The position numbers were made by a program, and so were the translations under genes. A stretch of 64,000 nt of DNA from Acidisarcina sp. (lineage in GTDB: Bacteria > Acidobacteriota > Terriglobia > Terriglobales > Acidobacteriaceae). How positions within the stretch are numbered: the stretch's first letter is position 1; the number at the start of each line of letters is the position of its first letter. Under the pieces are notes generated by a model, which saw only the letters and a program-made list of their open reading frames with translations, ran no database searches and was not told the DNA's origin. Below, in pieces: positions 36,695 to 46,219 of the stretch. The stretch is taken from assembly GCA_036401375.1 (NCBI GenBank), contig DASWVB010000013.1, positions 145,651-209,650 of the forward strand. Direction: 5' to 3'.

Positions 36695-38637
36695 GTGCGG
36701 CGCTGGAGCTTGAAGGACTGAACGCAAACGCATTCGCGTCGTGGGCGGCAGTTTACGACGAGCAGGAAAATCCGCTGCTCAGCCTTGAAGAGCGGTTCCT
36801 CTCTCGCATGCTGCCCGATAGCAGAGGCAGAGATGTGGTCGACGTCGGCTGCGGCACCGGCCGATGGCTGGCTCACTTCGCCGGTGCGGGTGTCGCTTCG
36901 CTTTGTGGGCTCGACAGCTCAAAGGCGATGCTCAAGGCCGCCGCGCGGAAGCGACTTTCCAACACTCGCCTGATCCACGCGGAACTCCCTTTCATTCCGC
37001 TGGACTCGAGCTCGAAGGATCTGGCCATCGCCTCCTTCGTCTTGAGTTACATCTTGAACCTTGAGGTTTGCGCGTCGCAGTTGGCACGCGTTATGCGTGC
37101 CGAAGGCGATCTGTTTATCTCAGACATGCACCCTGATACGGCGGCGGCGCTCGGCTGGAGGCGCAGCTTCCGTAGTGCGGGGCAGACACATGAGTTCGCG
37201 GCGCAGAGTCGCGCCATCGGGGCTGTGATCGATATTTTCGCTGGGAAGGGCTTCGAGCTCAGGGCATGTTTAGAGCCGCACTTTGGTCAGATGGAGCGCG
37301 ATCTGTTTGCGGCTCGCGGAAGAGAGGATGCATTGCACCAGGCAGCCGGGATGCCCCCCGTCTACCTCCTTCATCTGCGCCGAGTGCCATCCGGCACGGC
37401 TGTCGGAAAAGGCCGCGCCAAGGCAGCGCTCGTACTGAGCGGCGCAGAGTGTGCGCTTGGCCCTGGCGGGCGCGTAGCGGCGTCGGTATGCGTTAGCGGC
37501 GGAGTCGTGACATCGATGGTGAGCGAGGTCGCATCGCCGGTCGCCAGCCATGCTCACCAACTCGACCTGGACGGCTACCTGCTCTTTCCCGGTCTTGTAA
37601 ATGCCCACGATCATCTTGAGTTCGCGCTCTTTCCGCGTCTCGGATCGCGCAAGTACAGCAACGCGACAGAGTGGGCGCTCGACATTCAGGCTAATGAGGT
37701 CGAGACCATTAATCTGCACAAACGAGTGCCAAAGGAGGTCCGGCTCTGGTGGGGCGGCGTTCGCAACCTTCTCTCGGGAGTTACACGCGTTTGTCATCAC
37801 AACCCATTGCACCCTGCGCTTCAGGACGCACACTTTCCGGTACGGGTCATCGAGAACTTTGGATGGGAGCACTCGCTGGCGTTCGGCAGCGACATCTCCG
37901 GGGCTTTCCTGCGTACGCCTCCCGGCCAGCCGTTCATTATTCATGCCGGCGAAGGCGTTGACCACACTGCGGCCGGAGAATTCGCCGTGCTCGATGCGAT
38001 GGGCGCCGTCGACGCACGTACTGTTCTGGTGCATGGATTGGCGCTCGATGACGCTGGAGTTGCTCGGCTCAACGGCCGCGGCGCAGCCCTGGTTGTCTGC
38101 CCGTCGTCCAACGACTTCCTTCTTGGGAAGACTCTCACCCGCGAGCTACTGCAGCGCGTCGACAGAGTTGCGTTGGGAAGCGATTCGCCTTTAACGGCTG
38201 CCGGCGATCTTCTCGACGAGTTGAGGTTCGCTCAGCGTACCTGCGGCCTGGATGCCGACCAACTTCACGAAATGATCACGGAGGGGGCGAGCCGGATCCT
38301 GCACCTGGAAGGCGGCGAAGGAACTTTGCGAGTCGATGCGGCTGCAGATGTTATCGCAGTGCGTCAGCGCGCCGGCACTCCCGCGGAGATTCTCTGTTCA
38401 TCAAGCTGGCGCGACGTCGAGCTTGTCATCATCGGTGGGCAGGTGCGCCTCGCCTCGCTGGAACTTTTCGGCCGTCTGCCGCCGCCTCTACGGCAACACC
38501 TTACTCCTATTGCTGTAGAGGACGAGCTGCGCTGGATGTCCGGCCCCGTGTTGTCGAGGCTGCGGTCAGCGGAAGACGTGCTGGGAGTGGGAAACGTGCG
38601 TGCCGGTGGCCTGCGTGTCGCGCGGGCGGAGGCATGA
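36691..38637 (+). CDS. Fusion protein: N-terminal class I SAM methyltransferase + C-terminal metal-dependent amidohydrolase
   Basis: 'VVDVGCGTGRWLAHFAGAG' motif I. Then 'FPGLVNAHDHLEF' (HxH), 'IHAGEG', 'LVHG', 'ALGSDSP' amidohydrolase metal ligands. GTGA overlap with the upstream gene. Confidence 0.8.
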   Translation: MSAALELEGLNANAFASWAAVYDEQENPLLSLEERFLSRMLPDSRGRDVVDVGCGTGRWLAHFAGAGVASLCGLDSSKAMLKAAARKRLSNTRLIHAELPFIPLDSSSKDLAIASFVLSYILNLEVCASQLARVMRAEGDLFISDMHPDTAAALGWRRSFRSAGQTHEFAAQSRAIGAVIDIFAGKGFELRACLEPHFGQMERDLFAARGREDALHQAAGMPPVYLLHLRRVPSGTAVGKGRAKAALVLSGAECALGPGGRVAASVCVSGGVVTSMVSEVASPVASHAHQLDLDGYLLFPGLVNAHDHLEFALFPRLGSRKYSNATEWALDIQANEVETINLHKRVPKEVRLWWGGVRNLLSGVTRVCHHNPLHPALQDAHFPVRVIENFGWEHSLAFGSDISGAFLRTPPGQPFIIHAGEGVDHTAAGEFAVLDAMGAVDARTVLVHGLALDDAGVARLNGRGAALVVCPSSNDFLLGKTLTRELLQRVDRVALGSDSPLTAAGDLLDELRFAQRTCGLDADQLHEMITEGASRILHLEGGEGTLRVDAAADVIAVRQRAGTPAEILCSSSWRDVELVIIGGQVRLASLELFGRLPPPLRQHLTPIAVEDELRWMSGPVLSRLRSAEDVLGVGNVRAGGLRVARAEA

Positions 38638-39758
38638 CTGCGTCCTTAACATCCAGTGAAGGAATTGTTTCGATGCCGATACCGCAAATTGAAATAGTAG
38701 ACCAGCTTTCGTTGGGAGAGGAGAGAGCAACGCCCGAGGTACACGAAAATAGCATCACCACGGTCGCCAGATCAGGCGAGTTAAGCCAGCTTCCCATTCT
38801 ACTGCTGAATGTGCACGATAACTGTAACTGCCGCTGCGTCATGTGCGACATCTGGCAGAGGCCCCGCGGAAGAGAGATTGCGCTTGCCGAGCTGACGCGG
38901 CACCGGGAGTCCATTGCTGCCCTCAACGTGCAGCAAGTGGTGCTCACGGGGGGCGAGCCGCTGCTTCACTCGAACTTCGAGGCGCTCTGTGCCCTGCTCA
39001 AGAGCTGCGACGTGCGGATAACGCTGTTGACCACGGGCCTGCTACTCTCAAAGCGCGCGGACGCAGTGGCGAGATGGGTTGACGAGATCATCGTATCGCT
39101 CGACGGCCCACAGGCCATTCACGACGGAATTCGCCGTGTTGCCCGCGGCTTTGAGTTGATCGGAAGCGGCATCGCGGCCGTCCGCCAGCTTGCGCCGGGA
39201 ATGCCGATCCAGGCCCGCAGTACGGTACAGCGCGCCAACTTCGCTTACCTGCGCGAGACGGTAGCGGCGGCTCAGCGCCTCGGGTTCGATTCGATCTCCT
39301 TTCTTGCCGCCGATGTGTCCTCCGCAGCATTTAATCGCGAGCTGCTCTGGCCGATCGAACGGCAAAACGAGGTAGCGCTGCTGCCGTGTGAAGTGGATGC
39401 TCTCGATGAGGAGGTGCGCCTGCTCATTGAGCAATACAGCGATGAGGTAAGTAGACGTTACATCGTGGAGTCGCCCGAGAAGCTGCGTCGCATCGCGCGC
39501 CGTTTTCGTGAGCATACGGGCGAGCTGCCACCCCGATCCCCTCTCTGCAATGCACCGTGGACCTCCGCCGTACTTGAGGTTGACGGCACGGTCCGCCCGT
39601 GTTTCTTTCATCGCAAGGTCGGTAGCACCGCACTGGGATCGCTTGAAGACGCAATTAACTCTGAAGACGCCCAGCGATTTCGCAAGACGCTCAATGTATC
39701 CAGCAATCCTATCTGTCAGCGGTGCGTCTGCTCGTTGAACTACAAGCAGGCCGGCTAA
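38634..39758 (+). CDS. Radical SAM enzyme with C-terminal SPASM/twitch-like Cys motif
   Basis: 'CNCRCVMC' (CX3CX2C), 'VVLTGGEPLL'. C-terminal 'CNAPW...VRPCFF...NPICQRCVCS'. ATGA overlap with the upstream gene. Confidence 0.8.
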   Translation: MTASLTSSEGIVSMPIPQIEIVDQLSLGEERATPEVHENSITTVARSGELSQLPILLLNVHDNCNCRCVMCDIWQRPRGREIALAELTRHRESIAALNVQQVVLTGGEPLLHSNFEALCALLKSCDVRITLLTTGLLLSKRADAVARWVDEIIVSLDGPQAIHDGIRRVARGFELIGSGIAAVRQLAPGMPIQARSTVQRANFAYLRETVAAAQRLGFDSISFLAADVSSAAFNRELLWPIERQNEVALLPCEVDALDEEVRLLIEQYSDEVSRRYIVESPEKLRRIARRFREHTGELPPRSPLCNAPWTSAVLEVDGTVRPCFFHRKVGSTALGSLEDAINSEDAQRFRKTLNVSSNPICQRCVCSLNYKQAG

Positions 39759-39779
39759 CGTGGACCCGTCAGAGGATTC

Positions 39780-40841
39780 GTGAAGGTCGCGCATGCCGAA
39801 ACGCCGAGCCTCCGGACATCACCCGCCAGACAGAGAGCGCTCCTCGAAAGGATCTGCAGAGCGTATGCGAATGCGCAGGAGCTCGCGGACGAGCATGCGG
39901 AGGAATACGGTCCTACTCCGTGGTGGCAGCATGTGCGAAACAGGAGCCTGTCGCCGGTGCAGGCCGCGCTCTCGAGCGGCGATGTCGATAGCCTCGGCAG
40001 GATGTATGAGAATTTCTATAGAGATCCTTGTTCAAAGGGACTTGTCGCAACGCCGCGAAGCTGGGTGGGCGCGAGCGACCGCGAGTATATCGACGATGCG
40101 GAGCTGCGCGTCATGCTGCAGCAGACGCAATATCGCATCGAGTGCTGGCGCTCTTACACCTCAGGCCGCTACCCCATTGCGGCTTTGGAATCGCCCGGTG
40201 TTGGAAGACCCTTTGGCGTCTGGGTCGAGGAAACCTTCATCGTACCGCGAGCTGAATATCACCACGCCAGCGCTGTCCGCACGGCAGCACTGGCGGGTGC
40301 AGATTCCACCATAGTCGAGATTGGCGGCGGCCACGGAGCTATGGCATACCATCTTCTTCGGGCCGCTAACCGAATTCGGTACATCGACTTCGACCTGCCG
40401 GAGACGCTGGCTTTGGCAGCCTACTACCTCGCTCATGCGCTTCCGCAGCACGACCTGGTGCTTTGCGGTGAGGAGGGTGGCTCATTAGAAGAGAGTCCAG
40501 CGGGCTCCATCACGCTGCTGCCGCCCTGGAAGATGCCGTGCCTGGCGGACAAGAGCGCGGGCGTCACCTTCAGTTCACACCTATTGTGCGACCTGGCACC
40601 CGCGGCGCGGGAGAGATACCTCGTTGAGATTGGCCGCTTCACCACTGGCTGCCTGGTTGACTGGGGGCGCGAGGACCCCGACGCTCTGAAGGAATTTGAA
40701 CGACACTTCGAACTGGTCGAGCGGCGTAGAGCGGCCTGGCATCTTTATCGTGATCCTGACGCCCGGGAGTGCGAACTGCTGCTTCGCCCTCGGGATCAAC
40801 CCTCTACTAATCGAGCCAGCTGCTCAAGTCCCGTCCGATGA
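39780..40841 (+). CDS. Hypothetical protein, putative (sugar O-)methyltransferase-like
   Basis: 'TIVEIGGGHGAMAYHLLRAANRIRYIDFDLPE' resembles a Rossmann SAM motif I/II. The rest is unrecognised. GTG start 21 nt after the upstream stop. Confidence 0.55.
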   Translation: MKVAHAETPSLRTSPARQRALLERICRAYANAQELADEHAEEYGPTPWWQHVRNRSLSPVQAALSSGDVDSLGRMYENFYRDPCSKGLVATPRSWVGASDREYIDDAELRVMLQQTQYRIECWRSYTSGRYPIAALESPGVGRPFGVWVEETFIVPRAEYHHASAVRTAALAGADSTIVEIGGGHGAMAYHLLRAANRIRYIDFDLPETLALAAYYLAHALPQHDLVLCGEEGGSLEESPAGSITLLPPWKMPCLADKSAGVTFSSHLLCDLAPAARERYLVEIGRFTTGCLVDWGREDPDALKEFERHFELVERRRAAWHLYRDPDARECELLLRPRDQPSTNRASCSSPVR

Positions 40842-41688
40842 GGGACTGAAGCCGCAGGATGTCGCGCTCATAGTAAGCGACGAGTCGCGCGCGGTCCTCT
40901 GGCACCCGTCGCCGCTCCGCAGTGCCGGGCGGCAGATGCGGCGTAGACGGAACATCGACCTCCTCGGGCGGGACGCTGCAATCAACCTCGAGAAAAGTCA
41001 GCAGCTGAGCGAACCATTGGTGGTAGTCGCGCTGGGTGTCTTCATAGAAGGACAAGAACAATTGTTCCGGGGGGAAACGCTTCAGATACCGATCGACCTG
41101 CTCTGCGTATTCGCCAAATGCAAGGAATGGATTGAAGAGCCGAATCTGGGATTGAGGCTTCAGCAGGTCGTCAAAGGCGAGGTCGAGATGTGTCGAGAAG
41201 GAGTGCGTCACTGACCCGTCAGACAGGCTCTTTAGGTATTGCTGATAGGCACGCTCTGCAGGGTCCATGAGTACGATGATCACCCGCGCATGCGGAATGA
41301 GACTGGCAATGCCAGCCGCCGCTGTCCGGGACCACAGATAGCAGACGCTTCCCTCGCCGATGGCGCGCTCCCCATGCGCAGACGCGAAGAGGCCGCAGTA
41401 GTCCTCGAGGCCAGTGACGATGCCCCCAAAGCGCTTGCCCGGTGCACCGGCATCCAGGTAGGCCCTGAGTTCGGCATGGCTGGTTTTGATGCGAGGCTGC
41501 AACGAGGGGTCGAAGCGCTCTATGCGAATCTCCTCCGCAAAGTAGTTTGGCTCCTTCAGAGGGCTCATGAACACCTGCGGATGACGGTCAAGCTGGTAGT
41601 AGAGCAGGTCGGTTCCTGCCTTCGGTGCACCAGCGATAAAGAAGTTGGGCAGGCGCGTGTGGCGCTTCGGAAGGCATGTCACGTCCAC
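40807..41688 (-). CDS. Sulfotransferase family protein
   Basis: 5'-PSB loop 'FFIAGAPKAGTDLLY', 'HPQVFMSPLKEPNYF', 3'-PB region 'RVIIVLMDPAERAYQQY'. Convergent with the preceding gene and overlaps it by 35 nt. Confidence 0.85.
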   Translation of the reverse strand: MDVTCLPKRHTRLPNFFIAGAPKAGTDLLYYQLDRHPQVFMSPLKEPNYFAEEIRIERFDPSLQPRIKTSHAELRAYLDAGAPGKRFGGIVTGLEDYCGLFASAHGERAIGEGSVCYLWSRTAAAGIASLIPHARVIIVLMDPAERAYQQYLKSLSDGSVTHSFSTHLDLAFDDLLKPQSQIRLFNPFLAFGEYAEQVDRYLKRFPPEQLFLSFYEDTQRDYHQWFAQLLTFLEVDCSVPPEEVDVPSTPHLPPGTAERRRVPEDRARLVAYYERDILRLQSLIGRDLSSWLD

Positions 41689-41946
41689 ACTTTAACAATC
41701 CTCGGAGCTCCAGTTGTCACTCATTTGTCACGTGCTTGCGGAGCCAGTCGCCACGGTATCGACATGCCGGCTCGCGCCCAGTTCTGCTGCCTGTGCGAGG
41801 AGTGGCAGCGAGTAGCCTTGCCCTCACCTCTCAAGGTGCTTTAACGCGGCCGTAACCATCCTTTAACGGAAAACCCCTAGTCTCTGGCTAAGCCGAATTA
41901 CAGGCAAAGAAGCAATACCGGAGAACTGCCCGGACTTAGGAGAGCC

Positions 41947-44739
41947 ATGTATACCCGCAGAATTCCCCTATCTACCGTTTTTCTATTCGTCCTGCTTATT
42001 GTCGCTCCGGCCTTTAGCCAGAGCAGCAAAGGCACCATCACCGGAGTAGTGAAAGACACCCAGGGGGCGGTGCTGCAAGGCGCGCGCATCGAGTTGCAGC
42101 CGGCGGCGAGCTCTGCGGTCAGCGGTGGACAGGGAGACTTCACCGTCACGGACGTCGCGCCGGGAACTTACACTCTGACTGTCTCGTATGTGGGCTTCGC
42201 GACCTTTACCTCACCTGTCACCGTGCAGGCGGGACAGGCAGCCCACCTGGATGCCACCCTGAGCGTCGCCTCCACCAGCCAGAACATTATCGTCACCGCT
42301 GACCGCCCACGTGGGGAGGCGGAGGCCATCAACCGCACGCGCGCTGCTGAAAACATCCTGCAGGTCTTGCCCTCAGAGGTAATCACCTCGCTACCCAACG
42401 CCAATATCGCGGACGCGCTCGGGCGTATGCCGTCCGTAACCATCGAGCGCGACGAGGGTGAGGGCAAGTATGTACAGATCCGCGGAACAGAGCCACGCCT
42501 TAGCAACGTCATGGTGGATGGCATCACCATTCCGTCGCCCGAGAGCGGAGTGAGGCAGATCAAGCTCGATACCATCGCCTCAGACCTGGTCGACTCCGTC
42601 GAGATCAACAAGACACTGCAGGCCAACATCGACGCTGACGGCATCGGCGGCTCCGTCAACCTCGTGACGAAGACTGCCGGCGAGACACCGACCATTAACC
42701 TCTACGGCGTTGGCGGATACACGCCAATCATTGGCGGCCGCGAGGTTGACCAGTTCGGTGGGACTGTAGGCAAGCGCTTCGGCGCCACCAGGAAGCTTGG
42801 TGTGCTGGCCGGCGGAACCTACGACTACAACGGGCGCGGCATCAACGATATCGAGCCCGTACCGACGGCCGGCAGCGCCGTGCCGCATTATGACAGCATC
42901 GATCTTCGTGACTACGTTTATAACCGCACCCGCTGGGGTGCAACCGGCAGCGCCGATTATAAGCTTGGCGACGGCTCTGACGTCTCTGCCCGCATGCTCT
43001 TCTCGACCTTCAGAAACTGGGGCAACAAGTGGGTACACACTTTGAACGACGGGGGAACGCCGCAGTACAGTCAGGACTGGCGCCGCCCCAACATGGCGAT
43101 CGGCAGCCTGGCGTTGGAAGGCAAACACCTGATGACTACCTCCTGGTTCAACTGGACGGTTGCCGTCTCTCGCTCGCGCTCGCTCGGTGGCAGCGGCGGC
43201 GCCAGATATCAGTGGATGGGTGACCCGAACATCGATTGCGTTAACGACCAGAGTGTAGCTGCCAGCGTCTACCGGCCGGGCTGGAGCGCAGGCTGCTTTG
43301 GATCTGGCGCGGATAATGCTCTCGACCGCAACAACTACGGCCTCAAGGAACTCGATCTGCCTACGTTCGGCCGAAGCGTTCAACTGAACCTGCAGGCCTC
43401 TGCCTCGTATGCGCGGCAGTACCACCTGGGAGCACGCTTTGGCACCTTCGAGTTCGGCGGCAAGATTCGCAACGCTCATAAGTTCGACGATACCTTTAAC
43501 GAAGCGTACGTCGTACCCCAGGACGAAAGCGGAAATCCGATTCCCATTCCTGACTCGCTTCATCCGGAATGGAACAGTGATTTCACTGATTCGAACTATT
43601 ATGACAAGACCTACGCCGTCGGCACGGTCACTGACTGGGGCAAGATAAAGAAGTACGTACTCGCAAACCCCGGCCAGCTGACACTTACAGGCGGGCCCGG
43701 AGCTAACTCGAACAACTACGACCTCGTCGAGCGGATTCCGGCGGGATATCTGATGAATACACTGGAGCTCGCGAGCCGTGTCCGCCTGGTAACCGGCATA
43801 CGCTTTGAAGCGACTCACGTGAGTACTCTCAGCTTTGACCAACGCGTGAACACCCTTTCCTTCAAGGCAGGCGGCGATTACCTCGACGTGCTTCCCAGTG
43901 CGTCACTCCGCTTTGAAGTTGACAAGGACTCCGATCTTCGCCTGGTTTACGGCAGGGGGCTCGCTCGTCCCGATCCGCAGGATATATCGGCAGCCGTAGG
44001 TCAGCCGGACACGACCCAGACACCGCCGACGATCAGCATCGGCAATCCTAACCTGAAGGCCGAGCATGCCAATAACTACGACATACTTTACGAGAGGTAT
44101 CTGACTCCACTCGGACTGATCCAGGCCGGCTACTTCTACAAGGACCTCACCGACCCAATTACTACGGTGTTGACTGAGCCGACGACCGGACCGTTCGCCG
44201 GATACAAGGTAACCCAGCCAGGGAACGCGGGCAGCGCGTATGTGCAGGGATTTGAAATAGGCTTTCAGCAGCGCCTCTCCTATCTTCCGGGGATGATGCG
44301 CGGCGCAGGCATCTCGGCGAACTACAGCTATACAACTTCAAAGGCGCGCGACCTGCCGGGACGATCGGATCAACCCGCCCTGCTGCGCCAGGCTCCGAAT
44401 ACCTGGAACGTCAGCCCCACCTATGACACTAGAAACTTCTCCCTGCGCGCCGGCATGACCTTCAATGACAAGATGATCTATGCCTATCAGTGGTCTGACG
44501 GCGCTGATTCAGTAGGCGTCAAAGGGCCGGTAGGGGATAACTATCTGTATCCCCATTACCAGGTAGACGTACAGGCGACCTACAAGCTAGGTCGCGGCTT
44601 CTCTGCCTACGCTTACGGTCTTAACCTCAATAATGAAGTATTTGGCTTCTACAACGGCAGCCCGCAGTATGTAGTACAGCGTGAGTACTACCATCCGACT
44701 TATGCCGGTGGTATTCGCTGGTCCTCCGCCAGCGAATAG
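41947..44739 (+). CDS. TonB-dependent receptor with N-terminal carboxypeptidase-regulatory-like domain
   Basis: Signal peptide. 'GTITGVVKDTQGAVLQGARIEL' CarboxypepD_reg. Plug domain 'VQIRGTEPRLSNVMVDGI'. C-terminal beta-barrel. Confidence 0.9.
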   Translation: MYTRRIPLSTVFLFVLLIVAPAFSQSSKGTITGVVKDTQGAVLQGARIELQPAASSAVSGGQGDFTVTDVAPGTYTLTVSYVGFATFTSPVTVQAGQAAHLDATLSVASTSQNIIVTADRPRGEAEAINRTRAAENILQVLPSEVITSLPNANIADALGRMPSVTIERDEGEGKYVQIRGTEPRLSNVMVDGITIPSPESGVRQIKLDTIASDLVDSVEINKTLQANIDADGIGGSVNLVTKTAGETPTINLYGVGGYTPIIGGREVDQFGGTVGKRFGATRKLGVLAGGTYDYNGRGINDIEPVPTAGSAVPHYDSIDLRDYVYNRTRWGATGSADYKLGDGSDVSARMLFSTFRNWGNKWVHTLNDGGTPQYSQDWRRPNMAIGSLALEGKHLMTTSWFNWTVAVSRSRSLGGSGGARYQWMGDPNIDCVNDQSVAASVYRPGWSAGCFGSGADNALDRNNYGLKELDLPTFGRSVQLNLQASASYARQYHLGARFGTFEFGGKIRNAHKFDDTFNEAYVVPQDESGNPIPIPDSLHPEWNSDFTDSNYYDKTYAVGTVTDWGKIKKYVLANPGQLTLTGGPGANSNNYDLVERIPAGYLMNTLELASRVRLVTGIRFEATHVSTLSFDQRVNTLSFKAGGDYLDVLPSASLRFEVDKDSDLRLVYGRGLARPDPQDISAAVGQPDTTQTPPTISIGNPNLKAEHANNYDILYERYLTPLGLIQAGYFYKDLTDPITTVLTEPTTGPFAGYKVTQPGNAGSAYVQGFEIGFQQRLSYLPGMMRGAGISANYSYTTSKARDLPGRSDQPALLRQAPNTWNVSPTYDTRNFSLRAGMTFNDKMIYAYQWSDGADSVGVKGPVGDNYLYPHYQVDVQATYKLGRGFSAYAYGLNLNNEVFGFYNGSPQYVVQREYYHPTYAGGIRWSSASE

Positions 44740-44873
44740 ATCTCGGGCTGCAGGCTTGCATCTTGCAAGACGCGCTCCAGCGCACTACTTCAAGTATCGC
44801 GCTGGAGTCGTTTGCTCCCGGGTAGAGACAGTAAGTAGCTGTTGTGGCAAATAATGACAGACAATGAGGATGG

Positions 44874-45929
44874 ATGCGCACTGTAACTCTAATAATGAGA
44901 GCTGGCCGGCGGATGAGACTTATCCTGCCAGTCTTAGTAGCGCTCTTAATGAGCGCAGCTTTAACAGGTACGGCGCGTGCACAGGCTAGTGCGGCATCGC
45001 AGGGCAGTGATGTAAGTGCCAGCACTCTAGTGAGCACTAGCGGTCCTACGTTTCGAGTGATCTCTAAGGAATTGCCTGAACACTGGACCTTGATCGCCTA
45101 CGGTGACATGCGGTTTACCGACCCTGCCAACGAGAAGGTGACGAACCCCAAGGTTCGCCGCTGGCTGGTGGATCGGGTCGCCAGCGAGCATCCGGACGCG
45201 CTGCTACTCTCCGGCGACGTACCCTATGATGGATCCGTCGCGAACGACTACGAGGTCTACCGGCAGGAGACAGCTGCGTGGCGCGAGGCGAAGCTGCGCG
45301 TTTACCCCGCGATGGGCAACCACGAGTTACACGGCGACGAGGTCCAGCACCCGACTAACTGGTGGAATAACTTTCCCGAATTGAATGGCCGACGCTGGTA
45401 CTCGGTCGAGTTCGGCAATGCTTACATCATCACTGTAGACTCCAACCTGCCGCTCACAGACAATAGCCGGCAGCAAGCCTGGGTGCTCGATCAACTCACA
45501 CACCTGCCCCGATCAACAAAGTTCGTCTTTGTTTCGCTCCACCATCCTCCCGTAGCAGATGGGATCCTGAATGACCACTCCCACGATGTTCGGCCGAACG
45601 AACGCGCATTAGCCGACCTCCTCGAGAAGCAGGCTGCCGTGTCCAGGGCTAAGTTCATCGTCATCGCTGGACATATTCATAACTACCAGCGCTTCTTTGA
45701 GGATGGAGTGACTTACCTGGTCTCCGGCGGCGGCGGAGCGAAGCCCTACCCGATCGCACGTACTACTGCAGATCTGTTCCAGGATTTTTACTTTCCGAAT
45801 TACCACTATGTAAAGTTCACCTACGATGGCAAAGCTCTGAACGCCATCATGTATCGCGTAGAAGACCCGGCAGCAGCGAAGCCGTCCTGGGTCGTGAAAG
45901 ACAGTTTTCGAATTCCCGCTGCCAGGTAG
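44874..45929 (+). CDS. Secreted metallophosphoesterase (calcineurin-like)
   Basis: 'AYGDMRF', 'LSGDVPYDG', 'GNHE', 'SLHHPP', 'GHIHNYQR'. The start could instead be Met14 (44913). Confidence 0.85.
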   Translation: MRTVTLIMRAGRRMRLILPVLVALLMSAALTGTARAQASAASQGSDVSASTLVSTSGPTFRVISKELPEHWTLIAYGDMRFTDPANEKVTNPKVRRWLVDRVASEHPDALLLSGDVPYDGSVANDYEVYRQETAAWREAKLRVYPAMGNHELHGDEVQHPTNWWNNFPELNGRRWYSVEFGNAYIITVDSNLPLTDNSRQQAWVLDQLTHLPRSTKFVFVSLHHPPVADGILNDHSHDVRPNERALADLLEKQAAVSRAKFIVIAGHIHNYQRFFEDGVTYLVSGGGGAKPYPIARTTADLFQDFYFPNYHYVKFTYDGKALNAIMYRVEDPAAAKPSWVVKDSFRIPAAR

Positions 45930-46219
45930 CGAAGTTACACCGCTCTCGAGTCATCCCTTACAAAGATTGGAGTGCGGGCCCGAGTAGATCGGCTATGCCG
46001 GGTCCTGTGGGAGCCTGCGCTGCACTCGCCACCAGACGCGCACGAGGCCGGAGTCTTTTCGCGCCACTCCGGGTACTCAGATATATTACCGAGAGCGGGC
46101 CGCCACTGGTGCACTTGCTACAGTGCTTGAGACAGGCAGGCAGTCGAGAGTCGATACGGCCCCTTGCGCGCTGACGGCATCTTGAGAAGAGACAGGCAGA
46201 GAGCGCGGGAGACACACCC

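Noticed and set aside
41689-41946. Cobalamin riboswitch upstream of the TonB-dependent receptor (and in 29195-29673 upstream of the B12-rSAM operon)
   Set aside because: No B12-box-like 'GCCACTG' core or the conserved 'GGTG..AATCC' elements were seen in either region. An Infernal scan (RF00174) would be the decisive test.
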